From the NCBI GenBank assembly GCA_032128875.1, contig JAVLKG010000002.1, positions 128,001 to 192,000 of the forward strand: DNA of 64,000 nucleotides, in the 5' to 3' direction. Below the pieces are notes generated by a model. It saw only the letters and a list, made by a program, of their open reading frames with translations, was not told the origin of the DNA and searched no databases. Below are positions 1 to 10,433 of the stretch, piece by piece (the stretch's first letter is position 1; every line of letters begins with the position of its first letter). The stretch is from Candidatus Melainabacteria bacterium 17Bon1m. Lineage in GTDB: Bacteria; Cyanobacteriota; Vampirovibrionia; Obscuribacterales; Obscuribacteraceae. A program made the position numbers and the translations under genes.

Positions 1-63
1 CCTTACGAAGAAGTGAATCTTGCTTCTTTTGGGGACGTGACGCTTTTTTGAAAGTGTATTTAA

Positions 64-1485
64 TTGGATTCTTGGAGTTCTTACGTGGCCGAACTAATTA
101 TTTGTTTTCTGATTATCGTTGTACTCGCGGTATTGCTGTTTAAGATTCAAGGACAACTGAGTGAGTACCGCGATAGGTTTTCTGGAATAATCGACGTCGA
201 AGAAGAAGCGGCAAGCGTGAGGAAACAACGCCAGGCGGAAAACGATTCACTGTTGCAAGAGATTGAGAGAACTAGAAGTTCGCTTACAAAAATTGGTAAG
301 CAATACACTGATGCCCGAGGCCTTTACGATCGACTGAAGAGAGAAGTCGATCTACTAGAGGAGAATCTAGAGAACATTTCCTTCGGTGTTTATAGACCTC
401 ACTATTCATTCGAAGATCCAGATCGTTTCAAGGCAGAACTTGAGAAGGTCTATGAGAAGCGTAAGAGGCTGATCAAAGACGAACGAGCCGTAAATTGTCC
501 GAATAATTGGACAGTTAATGGAAGTCTAAAAGAAGGCCGAAAGATGATTAAGCAGGAGAGCAAGCTCATGCTTAGAGCCTTTAATGGTGAAGTAGACGCT
601 GCTGTCGCAAAGGTCACTTGGAACAATGTAACTCGAATGGAGGAACGCATCAAAAAAGTATTTGATACTGTAAACGCACTCGGCTCTGTTTCTGGAATTA
701 GTATCACTAAGGCTTATTTAGACTTAGCTCTAAATGAACTCCATCTATCTTATGAGTACGAGCAGAAGAAGCAGGACGTTAAGGAAGAACAGCGGCGCAT
801 TCGTGAGCAGATGCGAGAGGAAGAAATTGCACAGCGAGAATTTGAACGAGCGAAGAAAGCTGCAGAGGCAGAGGAAGCTCGCTGGCAAAAGGCGTTAAGT
901 GAGGCCCAGGCTCAACTTGAAAAAGCAAAAGCGAGTGAGATGGAAGCTATTCAGTCAAAGATTGCCAACTTAGAGGACCGTTTGCATGATGCTCAGACAA
1001 AGCTTGAACGCGCTGTATCAATGGCGCAGTTGACGAAGAGTGGACACGTTTATGTGATTTCGAATATTGGATCTTTTGGAGAAGGAAGGTACAAAATTGG
1101 TTTAACTAGAAGGCTTGATCCAACGGAACGCGTGGACGAGTTAGGAAGTGCTTCTGTACCGTTCCCCTACGATATTCATGCAATGATTTTTTCGACAGAT
1201 GCTCCTGCCTTAGAGGCAGCTTTTCATCGGCAGTTCAGTGATAAGCGCATGAACAAAGTCAATCTCAGAAAGGAATTTTTTGAAGTCACCTTGGAAGAAC
1301 TAGAGGAATTCGCTAGAAAGCATGACGCAGAGATTGAGTTCACAAAATTAGCAGAAGCTCGTGAGTTTCGTCAAACACTTGCTGCAATTGCTGCAACCGC
1401 TAATTTTGTTGTCCACCAAGTATCTGCACCAGAAGATACAGACCAATCATTTCCAGACTCCATTCCAGAATATGAACCTGCTTAG
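64..1485 (+). CDS. DUF4041-domain protein with C-terminal T5orf172/MUG113 (GIY-YIG-like) domain, N-terminal TM and coiled coil
   Basis: Motifs MLRAFNGE, GHVYVISNIGSFGEGRYKIGLTRRLDP, ELGSASVPFPYDIHAMIFS, NKVNLRKEFF. Confidence 0.85.
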   Translation: MDSWSSYVAELIICFLIIVVLAVLLFKIQGQLSEYRDRFSGIIDVEEEAASVRKQRQAENDSLLQEIERTRSSLTKIGKQYTDARGLYDRLKREVDLLEENLENISFGVYRPHYSFEDPDRFKAELEKVYEKRKRLIKDERAVNCPNNWTVNGSLKEGRKMIKQESKLMLRAFNGEVDAAVAKVTWNNVTRMEERIKKVFDTVNALGSVSGISITKAYLDLALNELHLSYEYEQKKQDVKEEQRRIREQMREEEIAQREFERAKKAAEAEEARWQKALSEAQAQLEKAKASEMEAIQSKIANLEDRLHDAQTKLERAVSMAQLTKSGHVYVISNIGSFGEGRYKIGLTRRLDPTERVDELGSASVPFPYDIHAMIFSTDAPALEAAFHRQFSDKRMNKVNLRKEFFEVTLEELEEFARKHDAEIEFTKLAEAREFRQTLAAIAATANFVVHQVSAPEDTDQSFPDSIPEYEPA

Positions 1486-1498
1486 GAGAAAAGAGCCT

Positions 1499-2317
1499 TT
1501 GCGTGGCGTCCCATTAGATTCATCGGCGTATGTTGTAGTTGCTGCTTCTATTGCGGCAGTTTTTTCAAATGTATTGATTCCAGCTTATGGTGAGCAAGTT
1601 CTCCAAGGCAATCTAGAACATCGAGAAAACATTTCCCCATTACTACCGAATCAGAAACCTGGAGAGCCTTTGAATGATCCGTTTACCTTTCCGTTCAAAT
1701 CTGCGGAGTGGTTCCAAATTCCGCAATGGGCCTCGGGTGAATGGAAGCAAACTGGCTCTTTAGTGGTTGTGGAAGAACAAGGTACTTCCAGAAGTACAGT
1801 TCAGCGAAATCAGAACGATGTTCAAGTCGTATGTTTAGGTCAAATTCTCGATAAGGAAGGACATATTTGGCACTATGGGCAACGTCAGATGGAGAAAGCT
1901 TTGTCAGCGGAGAATCAGGCTGTTGAAATTACCAGCACCTACACTGCCGAAGTGGCTTCGAATAGTAATGACTCTCTGAAGCTGAAAGTGAGAACGGTAA
2001 AATACTTGGCTAACAGAGTTGAGGTGAAAGCGATCATCAATGAAGTTAAGAGAAGTGAAGCAACATACACGCTTCGACCGTTAGACGGTGTACTCGATAC
2101 TTTGGTGGCAGAAATTCAAACTAGAGACTTTGGTGACGATGGACAGCAGATTCGCTATGTTGAATCTTTGGCGTTTTGGCGCAAGTGCAGGCCTTTTCAC
2201 AGCCAGTCACGCATTGGAAAGAAGGACCTTTTGCCTCTACTGACTGAATTTCTACGAGCAACCGGTCAGCGCTCACTGGTTCCGCCGCCGCCTAAAGATG
2301 CAGGAGTACCGAATTGA
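1499..2317 (+). CDS. Hypothetical exported protein
   Basis: Long ORF (track 1361..2317); TTG at 1499 follows AGGAG; signal-like hydrophobic stretch; overlaps the next start (TTGA). Confidence 0.6.
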   Translation: MRGVPLDSSAYVVVAASIAAVFSNVLIPAYGEQVLQGNLEHRENISPLLPNQKPGEPLNDPFTFPFKSAEWFQIPQWASGEWKQTGSLVVVEEQGTSRSTVQRNQNDVQVVCLGQILDKEGHIWHYGQRQMEKALSAENQAVEITSTYTAEVASNSNDSLKLKVRTVKYLANRVEVKAIINEVKRSEATYTLRPLDGVLDTLVAEIQTRDFGDDGQQIRYVESLAFWRKCRPFHSQSRIGKKDLLPLLTEFLRATGQRSLVPPPPKDAGVPN

Positions 2318-3156
2318 TTCGCTGGCATCCAATACCTGCAATTCTTCTTTCTATTTTTTGTTCCATCGGCGTGAGAGCTAATGAAACCTTGGCTGATGCT
2401 TACTTGCGTCAAGCGAATTCAATGGTTGAGAAGGGACAGTTAGATCGTGCGGAAGAATTGCTAAATCGAGCTTTCCGTGAATCTGTTGATGTTAATGATT
2501 CTAGCCGCCTAAAGAGAGCAGCAATCTTGAACAATTTGGGAGATGTTCAGCGAAGGATTGCTGCAGTTTACGGAGAATCCTTTCGCCGCGCTGAGGAACA
2601 GTCTGATGAGAATGCCAAGGAAAGTTACGCAGCTTACCGTATCCAATTTTTAAATGCGGCTGCGCAAAATCTGGAAGGAAGTATTTCAATAAAAGAGTCA
2701 ATACTCGGACCCGATAATCTTGGCTCTTTGAGAACATTGGAAAATCTGGCTGCAACATACGAAGAGGCGAAAGATGCTACTCGAGCGGAGTCCATCTATC
2801 GCAAAGTACTTCAAATTCGAGATACTAAATTGGGAGCTGCTCATGCTGATAGTGCGAATGCCCTATTTCAGCTCGGTCAGCTATGCTCGAAAGGGGGAAA
2901 TCACGCTGAAGCAGAGCAACTATTCAAACGTGCCAGTAGTATATGGGGCAAGCAGTTTGGCGTTAGCAGCATTCCAGTTGCGAAGTGTCTTCGTGAACTC
3001 GGCGAGTGTCGATATCAGCAGAATGATCTACCAAATGCGAAAACGCTCGCATACAGAGCGAAAGCTATCTTTGTGCAGAAGGCTGGCAGTGACAATGTCG
3101 AGGTGCGAGCTTGCGATAGTTTAATCGAAAACATCAACGGGCAGCAAAGACAATGA
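2314..3156 (+). CDS. Exported TPR-repeat protein
   Basis: Signal peptide; TPR-like LNNLG, LENLAATY, LFQLGQL repeats. Confidence 0.8.
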   Translation: MIRWHPIPAILLSIFCSIGVRANETLADAYLRQANSMVEKGQLDRAEELLNRAFRESVDVNDSSRLKRAAILNNLGDVQRRIAAVYGESFRRAEEQSDENAKESYAAYRIQFLNAAAQNLEGSISIKESILGPDNLGSLRTLENLAATYEEAKDATRAESIYRKVLQIRDTKLGAAHADSANALFQLGQLCSKGGNHAEAEQLFKRASSIWGKQFGVSSIPVAKCLRELGECRYQQNDLPNAKTLAYRAKAIFVQKAGSDNVEVRACDSLIENINGQQRQ

Positions 3157-4256
3157 TATCGAAATACACGAATGCAATTCGATACAGTGCCGTTGCTATT
3201 GCACTAATAACGCTCTTCCCACCTTGGAATGCTTTCGATAGAGGACACTTGGTCGAGACCGTTGGATACTCGTTTCTCTTTACACCACCGGAGACATCTG
3301 CCGGTGTCGCGCAGATTAATATCACCACTCTGGTAGTTGAATGTTTTGTTGCTCTTGCAATTATCTGGGGGCTCGCATTAGGAACCAAGAATTCGCATGG
3401 TTCCAACAATTTACTTGCTTCCAATGGTTCCGAAGTACAAAGTCGCACAGTCGAGTCTGCAGATGTTAGTACTTCTGATATGTCCAAATCTTCTATTGCT
3501 TCAACTGCACCCAACGCTTTCGCATATTCCTATCTTGTAGAAAAGAACACCTCTCCATCGAGGACTTACCACAAAGTTTTCGAACCAAGTTTTCTTAAGC
3601 AAGTGGTTGAAGATCGTCGCTATTTTTCAATACTTGTATTAGGTCTTGTTGTAATTGCGGCTTTAATTGTTGGACGAAGAATTTTTCAACCGACTCCGGA
3701 ACTAAAGCCCGTAGCAGGCGCTCCAGTTGCAGAAGCTGTAGTTTCGGAGGTCAAGCCGCTCACGGAAAGCCCTCCAATTCAAAGGCCGCCTCAAGTCAGC
3801 CCTGAGACGCTTGATGCGACGAAAAAGAGGCTTGCCGAGATGCTTGCTAAGCATCTCAAAGAAGTTGCTCAACAGGAGCAGATTCAAAAACAAATTGAGA
3901 TTCGTCGAGCGCGACAATTTCAGCCGAAAACTTGGAGATTGTTAAAAACACCCATTTCCGGCGTAAGTGCTCATCTGCAAACGACGCTCGACGCGCACGA
4001 GGGAGTTTACTACAAATTTTGGCTTACCGGAAATCCGGAATTGATTGAAATGGCGAAAGGCTATTACTCCGGCTATTCGGTGCAACTGCTCAATCGCCAA
4101 GGCTATAAGGTTGCTGCATTCAGTGCCTATCAGTCAGATCTTACGTCTTTCCAGAAAGGAAATTCAATGAGTCTCTTAGCAAAAGGGAATATCCCTCTAC
4201 TAGAAGAAGAGTATTCAAAAATTACACAGTGGTCGATGGTTCCATTAGGACAGTGA
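3153..4256 (+). CDS. Hypothetical membrane protein
   Basis: 367-aa ORF with about three hydrophobic segments; ATGA coupling to the upstream gene. Confidence 0.65.
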   Translation: MISKYTNAIRYSAVAIALITLFPPWNAFDRGHLVETVGYSFLFTPPETSAGVAQINITTLVVECFVALAIIWGLALGTKNSHGSNNLLASNGSEVQSRTVESADVSTSDMSKSSIASTAPNAFAYSYLVEKNTSPSRTYHKVFEPSFLKQVVEDRRYFSILVLGLVVIAALIVGRRIFQPTPELKPVAGAPVAEAVVSEVKPLTESPPIQRPPQVSPETLDATKKRLAEMLAKHLKEVAQQEQIQKQIEIRRARQFQPKTWRLLKTPISGVSAHLQTTLDAHEGVYYKFWLTGNPELIEMAKGYYSGYSVQLLNRQGYKVAAFSAYQSDLTSFQKGNSMSLLAKGNIPLLEEEYSKITQWSMVPLGQ

Positions 4257-4366
4257 GTTTGATGTCTTCCGCTCAAAAAATAAACGAGAGGAGCGTGCTT
4301 TCAGTAATAGTTCCGTGCAAGATTGTTTCTGAATGCACCGAACTCATAGTGCGCAGATAGAGGAGC

Positions 4367-5041
4367 TTGAGAGAGATTTTTTACAACGAGAAAAGCCTAG
4401 ATTCATTAGATTTCGAAGCATCATTGCTAACTGCAAATTATGCGGAACGCCTAATGAGACTTATGAAAGTAGATGCAAAACTCACCAACAATTCGGCTCG
4501 AGAGTATTTGCAGCATGGAGCTATGCGCAGGCTGAAAGTTATTAACCGATGTAGTCGGCGAGTCTTTACGGTCTATCCACACCGTCGTGAGACTGCGCTT
4601 TCCGATGACGAACTTGAAGAACTCTGTATCGTATTGCATGCCTTTTATGGCAATGTGTATGGTTTGACCGATAATTTAGCGTGGGTCCTGAATTTCGAGC
4701 GCGATTTTCAGTTGGATAGAAAGCACATAGGCCTTTATTACAAGCGGTTCAAAAGCCTCTTAAATCCTGAGTTCCAAAATTATCTAGATACGCGAACAGA
4801 CTGGTTTCATGACCATCTGAAAGAGTTCAGAGATTCAATAAGTCATCGAATCCCGCTATATATACCGCCTTATGGAATAACAGAGAATAACGAGATAATT
4901 CAACCGTTTCCAGTCTATAGTGGAAGTATTATCGATGGAAAAACGATGATGCTGCATGGGCAGGTTCTGGCAGACGTTATTACCATTAATGAATTAGTGG
5001 ATAAGTTCTGTGAGTATGAATTTGACGTATTTAGCGTTTAG
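4367..5041 (+). CDS. HEPN-like protein (Rx4H motif), putative RNase
   Basis: Helical 224-aa protein with LKEFRDSISHRIP (R-x4-H); AGGAG upstream. Confidence 0.55.
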   Translation: MREIFYNEKSLDSLDFEASLLTANYAERLMRLMKVDAKLTNNSAREYLQHGAMRRLKVINRCSRRVFTVYPHRRETALSDDELEELCIVLHAFYGNVYGLTDNLAWVLNFERDFQLDRKHIGLYYKRFKSLLNPEFQNYLDTRTDWFHDHLKEFRDSISHRIPLYIPPYGITENNEIIQPFPVYSGSIIDGKTMMLHGQVLADVITINELVDKFCEYEFDVFSV

Positions 5042-5073
5042 GAGAAATCCAAGTACGCATGATTGACCTGCAC

Positions 5074-6312
5074 TGACCTGCCCCCTACAAACTGATCCAT
5101 TCTAAAATATAGAAGTTCGGCAAAACGAGACTAAACTAGAAAGGAGTTTTGCCGTGAAAAGATCGCGATTCACTAATGCCCAAATTTCGAATGCCTTGAA
5201 ACAACACGAGGTTGGAATTCCAATTGCTGAGATCTGTCGCAAGAAGGGAGTTTCCGAGGGAACGTTCTACAGCTGGAAAAAAAAAGTATGCAGGTCTCGC
5301 GCCCTCAGAGCTGCAAAAACTTAGAATCCTGGAAGAAGAAAACAAGAAACTTAAACAGCTTGTCGCAGAGCTGACTTTGGACAAATCAAAGCTCCAGGGC
5401 GTTCTGACAAAAAAGCTCTAACGCCCTCCCGCTGCCGCCAACTTGCAGGTGAACTTTCTGCCGAATACGGCGTCAGCGAGCGCAGGGCGTGTCGAGTAAT
5501 AGTATTCGCAAGAAGCACAAACAGATACAAGAGTGTAAAGGACGATCAATTAGCTTTGCGTATCAAGATCAAAGACATCGCGGCGTCGAGAATCAGATAT
5601 GGGTATCGACGTATTCACGTGCTGCTGCTGCGGGAGGGGTGGGTGATCAATCATAAGAGGCTCTTCCGCCTTTACCAGATGGAAGAGCTTTCACTACGAT
5701 TCAAGAGACCAAAGCGGCACGTAAGTGCCGCTCACAGGGAGCCTAAACAGCCCGGTTGGTAATCTTAATGAAGTCTGGGAAATGGACTTCGTTTCGCATG
5801 AACTTTTCAACTGAAGAAAAATCAGAGTTCTGCCAATAATTGATCTGCGCAGTCGTGAGTGCCTTGCTCTGACAGTTGCATTTTGACTGAGCGGCGCAGA
5901 TGTTGTGACGACGCTTGATTGAATCGTGACAGAGAGAGGAAAGCCTAAAGCGATCAGGTGCGACAACGGTCCAGAATTCATATCCAAAGCACTAGATAAA
6001 TGGGCCTACGAAAGCGGAGTAGTTGTTGACTTTTCTCGACGCGGAAAACCCACCGATAATGCGTTTGTTGAATCCTTCAACGGCAGGTTGCGTGAAGAAT
6101 GCTTGAACACACATTGGTTTGATTCAATTGAAGATGCGCGAAACAAATTGTCTGCTTGGAGAGAGGAGTATAATTGCAGAAGACCGCATTCTTCGCTGGA
6201 CTTTCAAACACCCCATGAATTCGCACATGCCATGCGGATTTCCGAAAACGAACCGAAACCCAAAATGCCGAACTCTACAGTTTAACTTGGAACACAAAAC
6301 GGGGGCGGGTCA
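5074..6312 (+). mobile_element. IS3-family (IS407-group-like) element, inactivated
   Basis: Terminal IRs TGACCTGCCCCC (5074) and GGGGGCGGGTCA (6312); orfA/orfB motifs RYGYRRI, CDNGPEF, GKPTDNAFVESFNGRLREECLN; A6G frameshift motif near 5409. Confidence 0.92.
5153..6285 (+). pseudogene. IS3 transposase orfAB pseudogene
   Basis: Extra A in the A-run near 5277-5285 breaks orfA; orfB has a frameshift and several in-frame TGA stops between about 5760 and 5925. Confidence 0.88.
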
Positions 6313-6353
6313 AACAAGCAAGATTTGTCTGCTTGACGTGGAACAACTAAATA

Positions 6354-6788
6354 GTGCAGGTCAGTCACAAGCTCGAAACCTTACGAGTCTTGGAAAGGCA
6401 AGAAGAGATACTGGCGATGATAGCGGCGAAAGCAGAATCGGAAAACTACAACTATTCTCTTATTTTTCGAGAGTTTAATGAGGCTGCATTACTTTATGCG
6501 ATGGTCGGAGAATTCGAGAAAGCTTCTGCTCTTGTTGATTTGAATTACGATCATCTTCACAAATTTGTTGAAAAAAACGTCTTTGTAAAAAGCAGATCAG
6601 ACGCAGAAGACGATGAAGCGAGAAAGTTGTACTCCGAGTTGCCTGAGGATTTAACGTTTTCGCCACAGGAAATGAAGGAGAAGATTCTCTTTTACAAAGA
6701 GAAGCATGATGAACTAGAACTTGAATGTAGTAGCTTGCTCAGCTTTACTGAGGAACCTATAAAACGATTTCTTGAGAAAAAGCACTAG
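6354..6788 (+). CDS. Hypothetical acidic helical protein (5' end possibly cut by the IS)
   Basis: 144-aa ORF directly after the IS, co-oriented with neighbours. Confidence 0.55.
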   Translation: MQVSHKLETLRVLERQEEILAMIAAKAESENYNYSLIFREFNEAALLYAMVGEFEKASALVDLNYDHLHKFVEKNVFVKSRSDAEDDEARKLYSELPEDLTFSPQEMKEKILFYKEKHDELELECSSLLSFTEEPIKRFLEKKH

Positions 6789-6797
6789 GAGATCAAA

Positions 6798-7715
6798 GTG
6801 CCGCACTATCCAGAAAAACTAGAAGATCTGGCGCTTCTCGACTTCGAAAGCAAAAAGATAGGTACGTTAGCATCAGCTACTAAGATCACTGAAATAGGTG
6901 AGTTGGCACTCTTTTTCGAAGAAAATATAGAGGCAATAGAGGATCTGATTCTCCTGCCTTTGATGATTACAGCGGCGGGACCATGGCGTTCTATGGAAAC
7001 CATGTACAGAACATTTTTTCAACTTGACGCATTGAAAAAATTAGATACGACAGGTGAACCTTCTTCTGAGGAGCAAGTTGAAGAGCAAGTTGTTCATGCT
7101 TTAAGAGATTCACTGAAAGTCGAAGAGATCAAGAAGAGGTGTACGCAACAAGCTTATGCGGATATGATTGAATATCTGAACAACAAAAACACCAACAGTG
7201 AAAAGCACGTGGTGTATAGATTATTTAGCACTGCAACTGCCAATGCGTGGACTTCTTTTGAGTGTCTTGCTACGGACCTTTGGATAACTGCTATCAATCT
7301 ACATCCCAGTAAATTTGCAACGAGGTCAGGAAGCAATATCAATATTTCTGATTTGAATAAGAACAATTTCGACGTGAAAGCATTGATGGGCTCAATTCTG
7401 GCGGATAACTTTGATTTCACTGGTGTCGTAGGAATCGACAACGCATATAGCAAAACATTCGAGCACTTCGAAAAGGATTTTCTGGTAAAAAACAAACCTC
7501 TCAAGAATTTGGAAAAGAAGAGGCATTTGATAATCCACAGGCTAGGTCGTGTTGATGAGAAATTCAATAAAGATACTGGCTTAAATTTGCCAGTTGGTTC
7601 TTTACTGCCCTGTGAGATAACGGACCTTGTTTCCGACATAAATACTGTCGTTGATTCAGGATGTAGCCTTATCAAAAAGGTTGATGCGTATATTACTGCT
7701 GCGTCGATTCAGTAG
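6798..7715 (+). CDS. HEPN-like protein (Rx4H motif)
   Basis: AWTSFE upstream of KKRHLIIHRLGRVDEKF; AGGAG RBS. Confidence 0.6.
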   Translation: MPHYPEKLEDLALLDFESKKIGTLASATKITEIGELALFFEENIEAIEDLILLPLMITAAGPWRSMETMYRTFFQLDALKKLDTTGEPSSEEQVEEQVVHALRDSLKVEEIKKRCTQQAYADMIEYLNNKNTNSEKHVVYRLFSTATANAWTSFECLATDLWITAINLHPSKFATRSGSNINISDLNKNNFDVKALMGSILADNFDFTGVVGIDNAYSKTFEHFEKDFLVKNKPLKNLEKKRHLIIHRLGRVDEKFNKDTGLNLPVGSLLPCEITDLVSDINTVVDSGCSLIKKVDAYITAASIQ

Positions 7716-7728
7716 GAGATGTTGTGAG

Positions 7729-9096
7729 ATGCCGGATTCAGACCCTGCAGCTATAAATCCAATATTTGAGACATGGGCGAGCCTAGTCGAATTGGGAAGA
7801 CATTCAAGAGGTGATGTAAAGGCGGCCGCGAAGTACTTTGAGGCTGCGTATGAAGAAAGCAGAAAGTTTCCCACTTTAGAATATCGACGCGCACTAAGTG
7901 CTTATTATCTCGCCTACGTTCGTGTACAGGAAGATCGTGAAGATAATGCCATAGAACTTTTTTGCGAAGCCTTACCTTTGATGGAGGCAAAGGGCGACGA
8001 ACAAAAAAGATGTTCCGATGTTCATTCGTTGCTCGGCAGCTTCTTTTTTCGAAAGAAAGAGTTAGAGAAAGCGAAGTCGCACATTATCAGCTCAACTGAC
8101 CTGCAAACGCGCGCAAGCACAGAGAATCTACAACTTTTATCAAGCATATTTCTAACTCAAGATCTCTATGTTGATGCCGAGCCTCTTTTATGCGAACTCA
8201 TCGAACGTTTGGAAAGTGAGAATGCTCCAGAATTAGAAATAACCTTAGAGAGTTTGCGCTGGGTCTACAACAAAACTGGCAACGCGCCTGGCGAGTTGAG
8301 AGTGAAAAAGAGGCTTTTGAAACTAAAGGAAGACGGAGAATTTGTACTTCAAAATAGGCATGTACAAGACCCTAATAGACCTCCAGGATGGGGGGCTGAC
8401 AAGATTACGCATTTCATTGAAACTGCAATTGGAAATCAGTTTGCAACTTTTCATACAGACCGGGCCGACTATCAAAAGCTTCTGGAGCTGGATGACCGTT
8501 TTTGGACCGCCAGACGAAATTTCAGAATTAGGATGGTTGATATTGTTTCCGAGAAAAACGATGTACTACCCTTTGAGGAAATTGAATTTAGCGCCGAGGA
8601 ATGGATTGAGATGTATTTTTTCCTTCGTGCACATGCATCTTTGCTGGGTGCTATCAGGCTAATCACGAGCGGTCAAATTCCTGAATCTCATATGCTTTTG
8701 CGTGGTTGTTTGGAAAATGCGTTGTATGCGCATTATGTTAAGAATGAAGATGAGCGGAAACGGACTTGGCTCAACCGAAATACATCTCCTGAAGCAGCTT
8801 TGGCTTGTAGAAAAGCTTTCATGAACGTTAAGGTCGAAAGTTGTCTGAGCGATGCCGATAGTGCGCTTGGGATAAAAGCAAAAAAGCTTTACGACGAAAC
8901 CATTGATTCTGGTGCACATCCGAATGTCCAGGTGTTTCTTAGGGATACATTTCAAAAAAACACAGACGGGCAAATTAACTTGATGGTCGCTTATTTGAAT
9001 CCCGACAGAATCTCAGAAACCATCGAATTTGCAGTTGACGTGGGTCGCTGTACATTATCAATTTTTGCTCCGATCTTTCCAGGGTTGATTGACTAG
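7729..9096 (+). CDS. TPR-like N-terminus fused to a DUF5677/HEPN-like helical C-terminal domain
   Basis: TPR-like helices in the first ~200 aa; LLRGCLENALYAHY and LYDETIDSGAHPN motifs; ATG at 7729 after AGGAG. Confidence 0.5.
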   Translation: MPDSDPAAINPIFETWASLVELGRHSRGDVKAAAKYFEAAYEESRKFPTLEYRRALSAYYLAYVRVQEDREDNAIELFCEALPLMEAKGDEQKRCSDVHSLLGSFFFRKKELEKAKSHIISSTDLQTRASTENLQLLSSIFLTQDLYVDAEPLLCELIERLESENAPELEITLESLRWVYNKTGNAPGELRVKKRLLKLKEDGEFVLQNRHVQDPNRPPGWGADKITHFIETAIGNQFATFHTDRADYQKLLELDDRFWTARRNFRIRMVDIVSEKNDVLPFEEIEFSAEEWIEMYFFLRAHASLLGAIRLITSGQIPESHMLLRGCLENALYAHYVKNEDERKRTWLNRNTSPEAALACRKAFMNVKVESCLSDADSALGIKAKKLYDETIDSGAHPNVQVFLRDTFQKNTDGQINLMVAYLNPDRISETIEFAVDVGRCTLSIFAPIFPGLID

Positions 9097-9202
9097 CACG
9101 ATTTCAATGATGGGGAACAAATCAAAGGTGCAAAACGAAGTTGTCCTCAACAGGACTTTACCTCACTGTGTTGGCTTTTGGGTTCAGGAAAGCGGCTGTG
9201 GT

Positions 9203-9394
9203 ATGGAGGCTTGCGTAATGCCCAAGCATCCAGATTTCGATAACTGGGAGATGCATCCAAGCTCTGATGTTGCTGTATATCCAACTGAACTAAATCATGT
9301 TTCCTATACTTCGCTCAGGACGAATCGCTCTCGTTACAGAAGAAAAGTTTCGTGTAAGCGTAGGATCCAGCAACGTTACGGAGAGGGGTTCTAA
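9203..9394 (+). pseudogene. Possible fragment of a trypsin-like protease
   Basis: WEMHPSSDVAV resembles the HP..DVA catalytic-Asp segment; short; lies directly upstream of an intact protease. Confidence 0.25.
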
Positions 9395-9397
9395 ACA

Positions 9398-10372
9398 ATG
9401 CCAGATTTTCATCAGCCAGCGCAGGATTTGACTTGCGCATCATTCTCCCTGGCAATAGTACACCGAGGCGAGGATGATGATTGGCAATTGGAAGGCACCG
9501 CTGCTCTAATTGGCGAAAATCTCGCAATCACGAACAATCACGTAATTAATGGAGTTAATAGTGCGCGCGAGCCCAGGTTGCGCCAGAAGTTTCAGACGCT
9601 TAAAGCATTAGGTGAAGAACCTGAAGGAATTTTTCAAACGTCTTACCATCTGCTTGCCTTGAGATTTGATGCAAAAATGAAACCAAATGGAGTTTGGCAG
9701 GCTATTCACGTAAACTCAGGGGGGGGCGCAACTGACTTTGCCCTCCTACATCTCATGCCTCTCGACGACATCGCCAAATCTGAGGCGGGTCTTTCATCTC
9801 CAACGCTAAATTTTCATTTGCCTACTGCGGGAGCAGACGTAAGCAGTTTTGGATTTCCCGCGGGTGCTGTTTTGGGGGAAACATTGGAGCCACCGTTCGA
9901 CTTATTTCTCCAAACGCCTCTATCACAAGCTAAAGGCAAAATTCAATCAGTTCGGGCGTCAAAAGAACTCAAGAACTATCCAATTTTCGAAACTGATTTG
10001 CCAACGCAGCATGGTATGAGCGGTGGACCTGTTGTGTCGCAAAATGGTGAATTGATTGGTCTCAATAGCTCAATGATGGTGGATACTCAATGGTCACTTC
10101 CATTGTGGCCCATTTTGTTTCTCCATCTACCGGAGCACTACCGGACGCCTGAAGTATTGCCAGAATATGCGCGAGAGTCTTTCGGAGATCGGCTTATTAC
10201 CAGGGCTTATGCCGGAAGAATCAAGTTTAACTCGCAAATGAACTTGGACCAAATGATGCGCTTTATGTGCTTCGAGGAATTAGCCGAAGAGATTCAGCGA
10301 TTGAAAGCAAATCCTCCTGCACCAATATCTGTAGACTTTGCTCAGAAAATTATTTCCTTTCTAACTACATAA
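9398..10372 (+). CDS. Trypsin-like serine protease (no signal peptide)
   Basis: Catalytic triad motifs ITNNHV, TDFALL, HGMSGGPV. Confidence 0.85.
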   Translation: MPDFHQPAQDLTCASFSLAIVHRGEDDDWQLEGTAALIGENLAITNNHVINGVNSAREPRLRQKFQTLKALGEEPEGIFQTSYHLLALRFDAKMKPNGVWQAIHVNSGGGATDFALLHLMPLDDIAKSEAGLSSPTLNFHLPTAGADVSSFGFPAGAVLGETLEPPFDLFLQTPLSQAKGKIQSVRASKELKNYPIFETDLPTQHGMSGGPVVSQNGELIGLNSSMMVDTQWSLPLWPILFLHLPEHYRTPEVLPEYARESFGDRLITRAYAGRIKFNSQMNLDQMMRFMCFEELAEEIQRLKANPPAPISVDFAQKIISFLTT

Positions 10373-10433
10373 CGGCTTTTGAAAACTTGAAAAATTACTG
10401 TTCAATGGCATTCTAAAACTCTCTGTGAATAAA

